Source of the DNA: a virus
Direction: 5' to 3' (one strand)
Virus record (IMG/VR): IMGVR_UViG_3300042908_001001
Span: 1 to 64,000 of that record
Length of the DNA: 64,000 nucleotides
Part shown: in pieces, positions 10,193 through 20,034 of the stretch
Layout: each line of letters starts with the position of its first letter
Position numbering within the stretch: position 1 is the first letter of the stretch
The notes under the pieces: model-generated
Databases searched by the model: none
Told to the model about the DNA's origin: nothing
What the model saw: the letters and a program-made list of their open reading frames with translations, nothing else
Translations under genes and position numbers: made by a program

Positions 10193-10590
10193 ATACCGAT
10201 CACTTTAGTCACAATAATTTGAGGGTCTGTATCATAAATTTTGTTACAGACCTTTATTGTTTTTTCTTGGTCATAAATCTCAATATTGCCATCAATGTAT
10301 AGCCTTGGCTTTTGAATTGAGGGGAAGTCATAATCTTTGCCTAATACCTTTTTGGCTGGTAGGTTAAGGTATTTTTGGGCAGGATTAGTAAAGGGAGATG
10401 AGACAATTGCGGGTTCCCTGTAATTATTAATTTCTTCACACAAAATATCGAACTGAATATTAAATAAGGCTTTTTCTTTTTGAGTAGAACACAATCCAAT
10501 TAACTTTCTTGATTCGGATTTTGCCTTATAATGAAAAAGACCGTTTTTAGAAATCAAAGTCAATAAAAATCCGCAAAAAGTTTGATTCAC
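10144..10590 (-). CDS. hypothetical protein
   Basis: 148-aa ORF downstream of the primase-helicase. Confidence 0.5.
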   Translation of the reverse strand: MNQTFCGFLLTLISKNGLFHYKAKSESRKLIGLCSTQKEKALFNIQFDILCEEINNYREPAIVSSPFTNPAQKYLNLPAKKVLGKDYDFPSIQKPRLYIDGNIEIYDQEKTIKVCNKIYDTDPQIIVTKVIGIYDPSASIKSSKLVRN

Positions 10591-10646
10591 GACTAAACCT
10601 TTTGAAACAACTATAATAATTTAACACAGAACAAATGTTTTAACAA

Positions 10647-13600
10647 CTAAGTTATCAACATTTCAGTGTTTTCACTTGTACCTAAGTTAAAAATACTAAA
10701 ACAACTTAGGAATGAAGACGCGATCGCGTCCTTTTTGTTTACTGGTAAGCAAGAAATGGCCTTGGTGAACAACTCAGAACCATAGGACTGGATAAATACC
10801 CCTATCGAATTAGCTATCTCAGCATCAATATCGGATTGAGGGGCATCGGACTTAGCAACCGAGTCTAGGTAAGGGATGGCGGTGTTCTGAATCTCGTAGA
10901 GTTGAGCTATTTCAGAATCGGTTAATCCGTCATATTTTATTACCGACTCTTCTTTATATACTAGAGACAGTAATAACTTCTTAAAGACCTCGAAACCTTT
11001 ACCCTGTATATCTTTCACGTTTTCGGTAACGTATTGACTGATCCATTTCGATACAGCCCCTTGGGTCACCCCTAAAGCTTGCACAAAATCCTTCATACCC
11101 CCTTTATCTAAGGCTTCCTTGCCTTTTTTGGCTAGTCCTAGACCGATCTGGAATACCTTGGTTTTGACCTGCTCGGACTTAGAACACAAATCGAGGCTGA
11201 TGTCTTTGCATTCGATTTGCTCAAATCGATGGCCTAGTAACTCTAGCCATGAGAGATCGCCGTCTCCACAAATCCAGTAATGCAACTGCTCATCCCCCCG
11301 TCTGTTAGCCCTTAGCCGCCCAATCTCTTGAATTACCTCTGTTCGTACCAAATGTTTGTAGTAGTCGGTAAATGCGCGGTTAAAATGCCCTTTGGAGTAT
11401 TTAAAATTGCGATCGCCCGTCATGGTGATATAGTTCGATACCGCCGATCCGATGTGAGGGAAAGGGATACCGTAAGAAACGACTGATTTTTTTTCCTGAA
11501 ATAAATTAGAGCCGCGACCATCAGCAAAATGAGTTAGATTTTCCCCATCAGCAAAAGCCTTATAGTCAATTTCACCTAAGCAATCTTGCGTAATTCCATC
11601 GGTAGAGAGAATGTATTCTCGCATGATTGCCTTTTTCTTCTCACTCGCTTCTTTGTCCCGTTGCTTATTAAAAACTCCAAAGCCATTAGTAACTTGAGTA
11701 ATCAATAGATTTTCAGGAGTTTCCGAGTATTTAGCGAATACCATCAATTGATTTTTTTCTATACCTAACTGCAAACATAGCCAATCAGGGTTTACCGTAG
11801 CCGATTGCATGATGGAAGTGTTGGTGTTTTTTATACCATCGATCATGCGCTGGTTCTTAAATTGGATAGCGATTTTACTGTCGCTGAATCTTAAAGAGCC
11901 GTTTTCCCTTCCACTCCAGATACCCGCGATCCGTCCGATACCTAGTGCATTGATTAATTCAGTCCGTTTTTTCTTAACTAAATCCCCTAAATCGGGACGG
12001 GACAGAACCTCTATCCTTTCAATTCGCTTCAATAAATCATCAACATTATCGGGAACATCCCCCAACCCTGAGCAAACATCTTTCAACCCAAAAAGAATAT
12101 CATGATTTTCTAGTCCGTAAATCGGTAATTTTTTGCATCCTAGAACATTTTCGACTCCTTTAAAAAAGCCATCAAAATCGGCTCTTAGAGTAGGGTCATG
12201 CTGATTTGATGCGTTCAAAAAAGCGATATAGTCGTTACTGCCAAAATGAATCGTTTTTGCCCATTCATAATTTCCTGAGTCAATTTCATCAAATACTCCT
12301 ATCGTTTTCTTCGTGAATAAATTCTTAGAGATTAATTGAGGTGAGGTACTGGCATATTGCCAAGTCATGGCCTCATGATATTGATATAAAAATCCGTATC
12401 CATCACCCATACCCGTCTTACATTTTTTAAAAAACTCGCAACTTCCGCAAACCTTCTCAGGATCGCGCCCACTGGCATAGATTTGATTAATGGGGACTGT
12501 TAAATGACAGTTAGATTGTGTTCTGAGTTCTGGGATAGTTTCTTCTGTGGCCCGTACTCGGAACGGATTCCCTAAAGCGGTTTTCTTGTCATAATCCAAT
12601 TCATATCCGTCATGACGGGCTGGCAGATCGGGAAAATTTTCTTCGATACCCTTAACCGTTGGATTCCGATGCCCAGGCATTGATAGGATTATCTTGTGAA
12701 ATTCTGACTTAATTTCTTCCCCTTCCATTGGTTCAGGAATTTCAAAACAATTGTTAATTTGAAGCTGACCAGCAACATGGGATTTTCCCGATCCCGTACT
12801 CGAAACATCTAGGGCATACTGCCATTCAGGATCACGGCACACCCGTTCATAAAATTCTTGATAGAGTTCATCCGATACAATCACCATCCGACCTGCCAAT
12901 TGTTCTTTGGTTGGAAGATCTCCGCCCGTGTAGTAATAGTTAATTGGCTTATTGAAAACAAAATCAGCATCTTGCATCATTTTATTGCTTTCTTCCATAA
13001 TCGCCTTAGCAAAGCCAGTTAGGAAGGTCATCAGGGATTTATTTTCTATGCAATCCTTAGCGACTTCTTTAATTTTGGGCATAGTCCCCTTAACGTACTG
13101 AGTAACTTTTTGTTGCCATGATGGTTTATTGATTTTTGGGAATTTAAAACCGTACTCTTTCCCGTAATAAAAAACCGTCCCGATATTGCAGGTTGATCGG
13201 GCCTTGTCATTACTATTAGCAATTTTGTCAATATACCATCCTATCTTTGGATTCGTAGGACTCCAACGTTCTAGCATAGCGATCGCAATGTTTCTTGGGA
13301 TGCCGCTATTCAATACCCCAAATGCAACCCGAATCTGGAAATGGTATTGGTTAGCCCCTTTCATCGTCCGAGGTGGGATACGGTCTAAACAACCTTGGAT
13401 TAAGGTGATTTTTTGATCCTCATCTTGCTCAAAGTTTAAAAAGCTTGGTAGTTGAGCAAGCATCTTTCTCGCTTCTGCTTTTTCTTTTTCTTCTGCTTTC
13501 TTAATTTCTAGCGACGCGATCGCATCATCTACATATTTTTGGGGTAAAGGAACTGCATTCTCATTTTTCCATCTCCACGCACTAGGATCATTATTCCCGT

Positions 13601-14126
13601 AAAATCCACGCCCACCCTCAACCGCCGCAAGGTCTAACCCTGGGTAGTCGTCAACAAACCTAAATTTCATTTCTTCATAAATTTCTAGGGAGACGGGATT
13701 CTCAAAAACAATGATCGCCCGAAAACGAGGCCAGTCTGGTTTTGAACTACAGGTTTCACAGACATAGGCGGTATATTTCTGATGTAATGGAGAATTTAAG
13801 ATACTCCACTGGGTATTTTCAATTTTTTTTATCTTTTGATCTTCCTTTTTCCCTTTTTCGTTGACAACCTGAATAGTTTCGGTATTGTCAAAATCTAACG
13901 CGACTCCATATATAAGGTCAATATTTTCCTTATTCCTTCTTCCATCCCCTTTATAGGTAGCCATAGAGTACGAGAAGCCCATAGACTCCGCCTCTATCAG
14001 GTCATCTATCGATCCTTGGTACGGCTGAAAACCAGCAGTAAACTTCTCATGCTGAGTCGTTTTATTGATAACTAGCGAGTTTACCGAAAATTTGAAGTTA
14101 TCTAGGGATTGAGTAACATTTAGCAT
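10647..14126 (-). CDS. primase-helicase replication protein (AEP-like N-terminus, PriCT-2-like domain, P-loop)
   Basis: LDFD...ETCSS..WPRFR; PriCT-like ERWS...IGTVFYYGKEYG; Walker A STGSGKSH; QEIGRLR. Confidence 0.8.
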   Translation of the reverse strand: MLNVTQSLDNFKFSVNSLVINKTTQHEKFTAGFQPYQGSIDDLIEAESMGFSYSMATYKGDGRRNKENIDLIYGVALDFDNTETIQVVNEKGKKEDQKIKKIENTQWSILNSPLHQKYTAYVCETCSSKPDWPRFRAIIVFENPVSLEIYEEMKFRFVDDYPGLDLAAVEGGRGFYGNNDPSAWRWKNENAVPLPQKYVDDAIASLEIKKAEEKEKAEARKMLAQLPSFLNFEQDEDQKITLIQGCLDRIPPRTMKGANQYHFQIRVAFGVLNSGIPRNIAIAMLERWSPTNPKIGWYIDKIANSNDKARSTCNIGTVFYYGKEYGFKFPKINKPSWQQKVTQYVKGTMPKIKEVAKDCIENKSLMTFLTGFAKAIMEESNKMMQDADFVFNKPINYYYTGGDLPTKEQLAGRMVIVSDELYQEFYERVCRDPEWQYALDVSSTGSGKSHVAGQLQINNCFEIPEPMEGEEIKSEFHKIILSMPGHRNPTVKGIEENFPDLPARHDGYELDYDKKTALGNPFRVRATEETIPELRTQSNCHLTVPINQIYASGRDPEKVCGSCEFFKKCKTGMGDGYGFLYQYHEAMTWQYASTSPQLISKNLFTKKTIGVFDEIDSGNYEWAKTIHFGSNDYIAFLNASNQHDPTLRADFDGFFKGVENVLGCKKLPIYGLENHDILFGLKDVCSGLGDVPDNVDDLLKRIERIEVLSRPDLGDLVKKKRTELINALGIGRIAGIWSGRENGSLRFSDSKIAIQFKNQRMIDGIKNTNTSIMQSATVNPDWLCLQLGIEKNQLMVFAKYSETPENLLITQVTNGFGVFNKQRDKEASEKKKAIMREYILSTDGITQDCLGEIDYKAFADGENLTHFADGRGSNLFQEKKSVVSYGIPFPHIGSAVSNYITMTGDRNFKYSKGHFNRAFTDYYKHLVRTEVIQEIGRLRANRRGDEQLHYWICGDGDLSWLELLGHRFEQIECKDISLDLCSKSEQVKTKVFQIGLGLAKKGKEALDKGGMKDFVQALGVTQGAVSKWISQYVTENVKDIQGKGFEVFKKLLLSLVYKEESVIKYDGLTDSEIAQLYEIQNTAIPYLDSVAKSDAPQSDIDAEIANSIGVFIQSYGSELFTKAISCLPVNKKDAIASSFLSCFSIFNLGTSENTEMLIT

Positions 14127-14488
14127 ATATTTTACGCTCCTAAATACATTTTAACGATAAACACAACAAAACCCTCACACCGTGTAGAGCAGGTGAAGGG
14201 CTGAAAGCTTTGATGGGCAAGGATCGGACTAAATCTTGGATATGGCATAAGGATAATACTTGTCAGGTTAATCCAATAATAACATACATCTTATAAAGGA
14301 TCAAACAAAAAATACCTCCCTTGAGAGGAGGTGAATAATAACCTAACAAAGAGAATCCAGACGCGAACTTAAATAGAATTTATCATAATAAGGAGCGTAT
14401 AAGGCTTTGACGGGGATCTATCATTGTGTGAGCAATTAAAGCATCAAAGCCATATCCTTAAGATACACTTAAAACAAAAATATGTCAA
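14127..14488 (-). promoter_or_regulatory. sigma70 promoter and ~330-nt structured leader of the primase-helicase
   Basis: TTGACA-17-TATCTT (14488-14460); two hairpin plus U-tract terminators; anti-SD at 14391-14399 complementary to the SD at 14133-14141. Confidence 0.65.
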
Positions 14489-14575
14489 GAAAAATGTTTT
14501 AATAATTTTATTGACTTTTTAAAATAGATCATTTATGATTAGGTCATACCTCAAAAAACAAAGGAGATTTAACCC

Positions 14576-14815
14576 TTGACTACATTTTCCGAAGCGTTTA
14601 AAACCATTGACAACTTGACCAGCTACCTACAGTCCCAAGGTATTAAAAACCAAGTTAAGGCTCTTGATACAGCCCGCACTCTTGTAGGTTTTTTGCTTGA
14701 GGGGAAAGAATTACCCGCTAAGTCAGAACAGGCCGAACTACCCTTGGTCGCTCCCGCTTGCCCCGCGCCCGTATCGGAAGAAACGGAAGACGAAGAAGCC
14801 GACGAAGACGAATAA
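14576..14815 (+). CDS. hypothetical protein with acidic tail
   Basis: AAGGAG RBS before a TTG start; follows a promoter. Confidence 0.65.
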   Translation: MTTFSEAFKTIDNLTSYLQSQGIKNQVKALDTARTLVGFLLEGKELPAKSEQAELPLVAPACPAPVSEETEDEEADEDE

Positions 14816-14939
14816 TCTTGAACAGAGGTAAAACAAAATGAAAACTTATTACCTCTGTTTACTCCTCATTCACTTTTTACTTTTGACTAAAGTTCTGAAA
14901 CGTTTTTGCAAACTTAAAACAAATTAACTAATTACGATT

Positions 14940-16145
14940 ATGGCTGAAATTAAATTCGATCTCCAAACCTTTGCTGACTTTACTGAATTTCCTCAAGGTC
15001 TAACCGAAGACGGAAACCCTATCAAATACCGAAGATTTTCCATCGCTGAATTAGAACATTACGGACTTCACTATATCCCTACTGTTTTTTTGTTGCTTGC
15101 TGAATCCTTAGATACTGGTATTGAATTTTGGAGTACAGGGGTACTGCCAGAATCGCTCGACTCAACCAAAGGATTGTTAAAACTTGCCTACGATGAAAAC
15201 GGAATGCCAAACGCATTATATGGCCCAACGATTTGTCGAAACGGTAATCAGCTTGTTTTATCCTATGGTGATTTTGAGTTTCCAGTAAACAATGAAAAAA
15301 ATACTTTAATCATTGGAGGATTACAAGGAAACTTTGAAATCGAAAAAAATCAAGATGGTTCCAAAAAATTCCTAAAAGCACGATTAGCTGACAAAGATTA
15401 CGCCACTGGGGAAGAATTTGTTATTTCTTGCCTATTGGAAGATTGGGAAAATCCCCCAACACTTTCAGAGTTAAATGGCAAGTTAAATAAAAACGAGTCC
15501 ATCGTTGAATTATTCAAGCCCTTGATGCCTCCGATCACTTTAATGGATGAATTGCCTAATGGAGATTACAAGGTAATCAAAATTGGGGAACCCAAAGAAG
15601 GTCAGTATGGCTTAAATGTTGTGATTAATTGTGAGGGAATGTCAACGTTTCTACAAAAAGGGCATCCGTCCCACATGAAAGCAACAAAAGATTTTACTCC
15701 CACAACTAAAGAGACTAAAGACAAATATGCCAAAATCCAAAAAGAATTACGTAATGCTACAGACGAAGCCACTAAATCCGAACTAAAAAAAGAACTTTTA
15801 GTTCTTGCTATGGCAATGGGCGACTGGCAAGTAATTAATTTCCATATTGAAGAAAACAATAAGGAATGGATTCTACGCATCGTTGACGGTGGACTTAAAA
15901 AAACTGGTGTCAACAAAGGGAAGCCCAAAAAGAATAGCCAATTAATTCCTGCTTCTCAATCTTTTCCATCTACTCCAAAAGAAGCCCCCTTAATGCTTTC
16001 TGCAAGCGTTGAAACCGTTCCTTTTGAAGAAGTTGTTAAAGATGCTCAAGCGTCTTTATTCTCTCCTGAAAAAGAGTTAGTAACGGCTGGCAAGTCTGGC
16101 AAAAAAACAAAAGATAAACCCTCTGAAATTGAGCCTCCATTCTAG
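14940..16145 (+). CDS. hypothetical protein, possible ssDNA-binding or recombination protein
   Basis: 401 aa; ends EIEPPF, like an SSB acidic tip. Confidence 0.45.
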   Translation: MAEIKFDLQTFADFTEFPQGLTEDGNPIKYRRFSIAELEHYGLHYIPTVFLLLAESLDTGIEFWSTGVLPESLDSTKGLLKLAYDENGMPNALYGPTICRNGNQLVLSYGDFEFPVNNEKNTLIIGGLQGNFEIEKNQDGSKKFLKARLADKDYATGEEFVISCLLEDWENPPTLSELNGKLNKNESIVELFKPLMPPITLMDELPNGDYKVIKIGEPKEGQYGLNVVINCEGMSTFLQKGHPSHMKATKDFTPTTKETKDKYAKIQKELRNATDEATKSELKKELLVLAMAMGDWQVINFHIEENNKEWILRIVDGGLKKTGVNKGKPKKNSQLIPASQSFPSTPKEAPLMLSASVETVPFEEVVKDAQASLFSPEKELVTAGKSGKKTKDKPSEIEPPF

Positions 16146-16148
16146 CCT

Positions 16149-17018
16149 ATGCTATTTTTAATCATGCCCACGAACCCAAAAAGTAAAGTCGATCAAAAGA
16201 TTCTAATGGATCAGTTTTTAGCTCTACGTTTACTAATGGAAGAGTCGGGCATGATTAAATGGGTAAGCAAGAATGGCAAAAAGAATTTAGAGATTGAACC
16301 CAATTGTATCAGTCAACTAAAATCTCTTTACCCTGATAAAAAAAGAGAAATTCATTTAGGAGAAAAAGCAAAAGACATTTTAGTAATGTCTGTTAAGGGG
16401 ATGGTAATCGAAGTCGCTAGATACTATCTAGCAAAGATGCGCTTAGATAATTCAAAGCTAGATGAATTGATTCAGATGGGCTACTTAGGGGCTACTTATT
16501 CCCTCTATAAGTTTAATCCAACAAAAAATATCAAATGGTCATCTTATGCTTATCTTTGGATAAAAGCCAAAATCTCTAGAGGTTCTTATCAGGATTATCT
16601 AATAAAAGCTAATTTGAAATATGAAGCCTTAATATTGACAGTCCCTCAAAGGATAAAACGTTTTGATTTACTGGCTTTTTCTACGGACTTACTTTGGATT
16701 TATCTTTCCCAAAAGACAATCTATCCTACTTATCCTTTTAAGTTTTATTCGGAAAGTCCACAGGCAGATGACGGGTATACTTCTAGTATTTTTGACACTC
16801 TCCCATGTGAAAATAACAGAAATTTAGTTGATGAAATTCATTTAATTTTATCTCAGGACGAAATTGATATTCTAATGTCAGACGATCAAACCACAAAAAA
16901 GAAAAAAGACAATGTAGGTATTCTCGAAATGGCATTAATGCAAGGGATACCGTTAGACAATTTTTACGACAAAAAACAACAAATCATCAACAAAGTAATG
17001 GAGCGTATTGAATTATGA
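16149..17018 (+). CDS. sigma70-family-like factor (region 2)
   Basis: DELIQMGYLG...KFNPTKNIKWSSYAYLWIK matches sigma regions 2.2-2.4; region 4 not recognisable. Confidence 0.75.
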   Translation: MLFLIMPTNPKSKVDQKILMDQFLALRLLMEESGMIKWVSKNGKKNLEIEPNCISQLKSLYPDKKREIHLGEKAKDILVMSVKGMVIEVARYYLAKMRLDNSKLDELIQMGYLGATYSLYKFNPTKNIKWSSYAYLWIKAKISRGSYQDYLIKANLKYEALILTVPQRIKRFDLLAFSTDLLWIYLSQKTIYPTYPFKFYSESPQADDGYTSSIFDTLPCENNRNLVDEIHLILSQDEIDILMSDDQTTKKKKDNVGILEMALMQGIPLDNFYDKKQQIINKVMERIEL

Positions 17019-17725
17019 TTGCATCTCAAGTAATGATGCCTACTAATGAATATATTTTATCTGGTTTTAACAAAAAATATGGACAGTCAGCATTATTAAT
17101 TGACGGGGGGTATGATTCCGATATTGGAATATATCATTATCAAATCCATAAGATTAATAAGTACGATAAGGTTAACGGAAAGGTTTTTCTGGAAAACATA
17201 GGTTCATACGTTCCTGATGAACAAGGAAATCTCCCATTTAACATGAAGTATGGATTCTCTTTTTTTGAGGGATGTCAACACAAAGGTGTCCCATTTTATC
17301 CAATTTCAAGAAGCACTGTTGCAAGAATATCAATAGAGTACAAACAAACTTCTTACACGGCCTATGGTGGCTGTAGTTCTTGCGAAAACATATTTGAAAG
17401 GTTTTGGGTAAAAAGCTTTGATAATCTACTAAAAAACTGTCCACAAGAATCATTGTCTGTAAAAGATTTGGTGATTTCAGAAATAAAGAAATTGTCCAAT
17501 ATAGCAGTTATGCGTGATTATTCTCGCAATTGGGTGTATTACAAATTTATGGACAAAGTACAAACAATAGACCAAAAAATAAATAATGAAATATTACAAA
17601 ACACTCCATATTACTACTCATCTCAACTTGCTTATAACCAATTTTCTTGGGGCTTAGTACAGTCATCAACAAAAGACAAAAAGAAAGATGATGAAAGATT
17701 GTTTGATTCTTTTTATCGGGTATGA
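17015..17725 (+). CDS. hypothetical protein
   Basis: ATGA coupling to the sigma-like gene. Confidence 0.65.
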   Translation: MIASQVMMPTNEYILSGFNKKYGQSALLIDGGYDSDIGIYHYQIHKINKYDKVNGKVFLENIGSYVPDEQGNLPFNMKYGFSFFEGCQHKGVPFYPISRSTVARISIEYKQTSYTAYGGCSSCENIFERFWVKSFDNLLKNCPQESLSVKDLVISEIKKLSNIAVMRDYSRNWVYYKFMDKVQTIDQKINNEILQNTPYYYSSQLAYNQFSWGLVQSSTKDKKKDDERLFDSFYRV

Positions 17726-18078
17726 TCAACATGAAAAAGCAATTCTTTAAATGGCTAGAAAGTCGCATTATTAAATGCTCAGTCTTTATTCGTAACCTAT
17801 GGACTGGTAAAAATACTTGTGTTATTGCAAGGCTAGTAGTCGATGATGACGGCGATCAATTTGTTCAATATATTAATCGCATTTCTGATACTGGCATTGG
17901 GTATGGATTCTCTTGCAAATTGATTGATGCTAAATGGTATGAATCTCCCAAAAAAGCATTAGAGGATATCGTCAAGCTACCATCTTTGTATAGCTCACAA
18001 AACTGGGAGATTTTCTCTATTAGCGAATATGATGAAAACTCGATTAAAGAAGCTTTATTAAAAGGGCAGGTTTGGTAA
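17722..18078 (+). CDS. hypothetical protein
   Basis: Coupled ORF. Confidence 0.6.
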   Translation: MINMKKQFFKWLESRIIKCSVFIRNLWTGKNTCVIARLVVDDDGDQFVQYINRISDTGIGYGFSCKLIDAKWYESPKKALEDIVKLPSLYSSQNWEIFSISEYDENSIKEALLKGQVW

Positions 18079-18277
18079 TGGAAATAAAGATTAAGCTAAA
18101 CGTAATATTCTTGGCATTTTTTTGTATCTTGTCTATTTTTATTCCTTGGAAAACTATTCTTTTGTGGTGTGGTGCAATCTACTTATTGACAGCCATTAAT
18201 GACTTGTTTGCATTATTACAAGAGGTGAAGAAATGACACTAGGACGGCAATCATATCGAGCCATTATTACTCGCTAT

Positions 18278-19654
18278 TCAAATCTTAAGCTTGACGATAA
18301 TATTCCCGCGATCGCAAGTCACCCGCTCAACCAATTCCCTGAAAATATCTCTCAACTCGAAATTAGTGGCAAGTCCCCAGAAATTAGGGTCGGATGTCGC
18401 TAGTAAATGCTCACTTAATAAATGATTATTTCTTTCTCCATATTGAGCATTAATCAAATTACTTAATTTAGTTTCATCTGCAAGAATAATATCATTCAGT
18501 CTAGGATCGTTTAACGATTTTAGTTGAGTGATATTCTTTCTTAGTTCTCTAATTTCTGGACTTTCTACAATCTCAGATTCACCCTCACATCCCCATTTAG
18601 CAACCTCCTGGGAGCGTAAAATCAAGGCGTCTATCACAGCATCAATATAATCTTGAATCTTTAGTCCGTAACTGGTTCTTATGCCACAAGTCGCACTTTT
18701 TCCGCATCTTGGGTAAGCTCCGTTACAGTACAGATAATAGGCTTGTTTTCGTGCATTGATAACCGATTTGGCTGACATACGACTTCCACAAGTACAAAAT
18801 ATAGACCCTGCTAACGGATTTCTCAATGTATCTGATTTTTTCGTTGTTTTGCTTGAATCTAATATGTTTTGAATATTTAGCCATTCTGATACCGTAATCA
18901 ATGGTTCATGATGATTAGGAATTTCAATTCTTTTGTTTTGTTTCTTTGGAAAATAAACCAACGTACCAATCAATGACGGGTTTTTTAGCCAGTCAATAAA
19001 AGCCGATTGGGTGTGAGGGAAATCATCCTCATGCGCCCTTAATCTCTCAGTGCCAAATCGTTTACACAATGCCCTAACCGTTCCTGAAGCTGTTTGAATT
19101 TCATAAAAGGTATCAATCGCTATTCTTACGACTTCTGGGTAGGTTATTCCCGTATCTTTGTATAGATTCCTATTAATAATTAATTCATCATTCACCATCA
19201 AATAACCAAAACAGGGTTTAAGCGGTAAATGTTTTGATCTGCGGTGTTGCATCCCTTTTAACGCTTGCTCTTGATTTAATCGCCTCTGAAAAGCATCGGT
19301 AGCCGCGATCACACTACTGGTATAAATCCCTACTGCCGATGTAATATCAAGCTTCCCTCTGTCCAAAGAAATCATCGTCACTCGCATTCTTTCGCATCGA
19401 CTTCTCAAATCAGCCCATATCATTTCATCCCTAGCCAGTCTTGATTGCAAAGGAAAAATTAATTCATCCCCTTCTCTCAAGATTTTCATCACAAAATCCA
19501 AACCAGCCCGCCCCATCTTGCCGCCACTGATAATATCGTAATAAATATTTTCAGGCTCCACCCCCGCCGCGATCAATTCCTTGGTGTATCGCTCGCTCGC
19601 ACTATTGTCTTCAAATTGATGTAACGTTGATTGTCTCCAGTAACCGATTTTCAT
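18278..19654 (-). CDS. large serine recombinase (integrase)
   Basis: MKIGYWRQST catalytic Ser motif, SRLAR, recombinase domain, zinc ribbon (CTCG...YLYC); AGAGGGA RBS before ATG 19654. Confidence 0.92.
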   Translation of the reverse strand: MKIGYWRQSTLHQFEDNSASERYTKELIAAGVEPENIYYDIISGGKMGRAGLDFVMKILREGDELIFPLQSRLARDEMIWADLRSRCERMRVTMISLDRGKLDITSAVGIYTSSVIAATDAFQRRLNQEQALKGMQHRRSKHLPLKPCFGYLMVNDELIINRNLYKDTGITYPEVVRIAIDTFYEIQTASGTVRALCKRFGTERLRAHEDDFPHTQSAFIDWLKNPSLIGTLVYFPKKQNKRIEIPNHHEPLITVSEWLNIQNILDSSKTTKKSDTLRNPLAGSIFCTCGSRMSAKSVINARKQAYYLYCNGAYPRCGKSATCGIRTSYGLKIQDYIDAVIDALILRSQEVAKWGCEGESEIVESPEIRELRKNITQLKSLNDPRLNDIILADETKLSNLINAQYGERNNHLLSEHLLATSDPNFWGLATNFELRDIFRELVERVTCDRGNIIVKLKI

Positions 19655-19663
19655 GGCTGTCCC

Positions 19664-19717
19664 TCTATTTGTGATTCCATTATACAGCCCACCCTGTATA
19701 TTCAATGCACAAATAGA
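19664..19717. other. putative attP site
   Basis: TCTATTTGTG-N7-TATACAG-CCCACC-CTGTATA-N7-CACAAATAGA dyad directly upstream of the integrase. Confidence 0.7.
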
Positions 19718-19724
19718 CTGAAAC

Positions 19725-19931
19725 ATGGACAAGGAAAGGCTTCTGGCAAAATCAGCTTATCTCAAAGCAGTTAATACGATGCTACTCATAGGCATTGAAT
19801 CGCAATTTTTTCCGATAGCCGAAACAACCAGTTATGAATTTGCGATCGCGCTTTTGGAGTGCATCAAGTTGTCAAAAAATTTAGCTGAGGATATTTTGGA
19901 AATAATTGAAACGGGAGTAGACGAATATTGA
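19725..19931 (+). CDS. small hypothetical protein divergent from the integrase
   Basis: 68 aa; followed by a bidirectional terminator. Confidence 0.5.
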   Translation: MDKERLLAKSAYLKAVNTMLLIGIESQFFPIAETTSYEFAIALLECIKLSKNLAEDILEIIETGVDEY

Positions 19932-19935
19932 CCAA

Positions 19936-19961
19936 TAAAAAACCGCCCTAAACGGACGGCT
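19936..19961. terminator. intrinsic terminator between convergent genes
   Basis: AAAAAA-CCGCCC-TAAAC-GGACGG hairpin. Confidence 0.55.
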
Positions 19962-20034
19962 CCATTTTAAGCTACAGTTTGACATAAAAACCGATCTGAT
20001 TCCTCCATAAAATTATGATCGTATTCAGTAAATA

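Noticed and set aside
19655-19732. N-terminal extension of the integrase given in the ORF track
   Set aside because: It runs through the attP dyad; ATG 19654 has an RBS and puts the catalytic motif at the N-terminus
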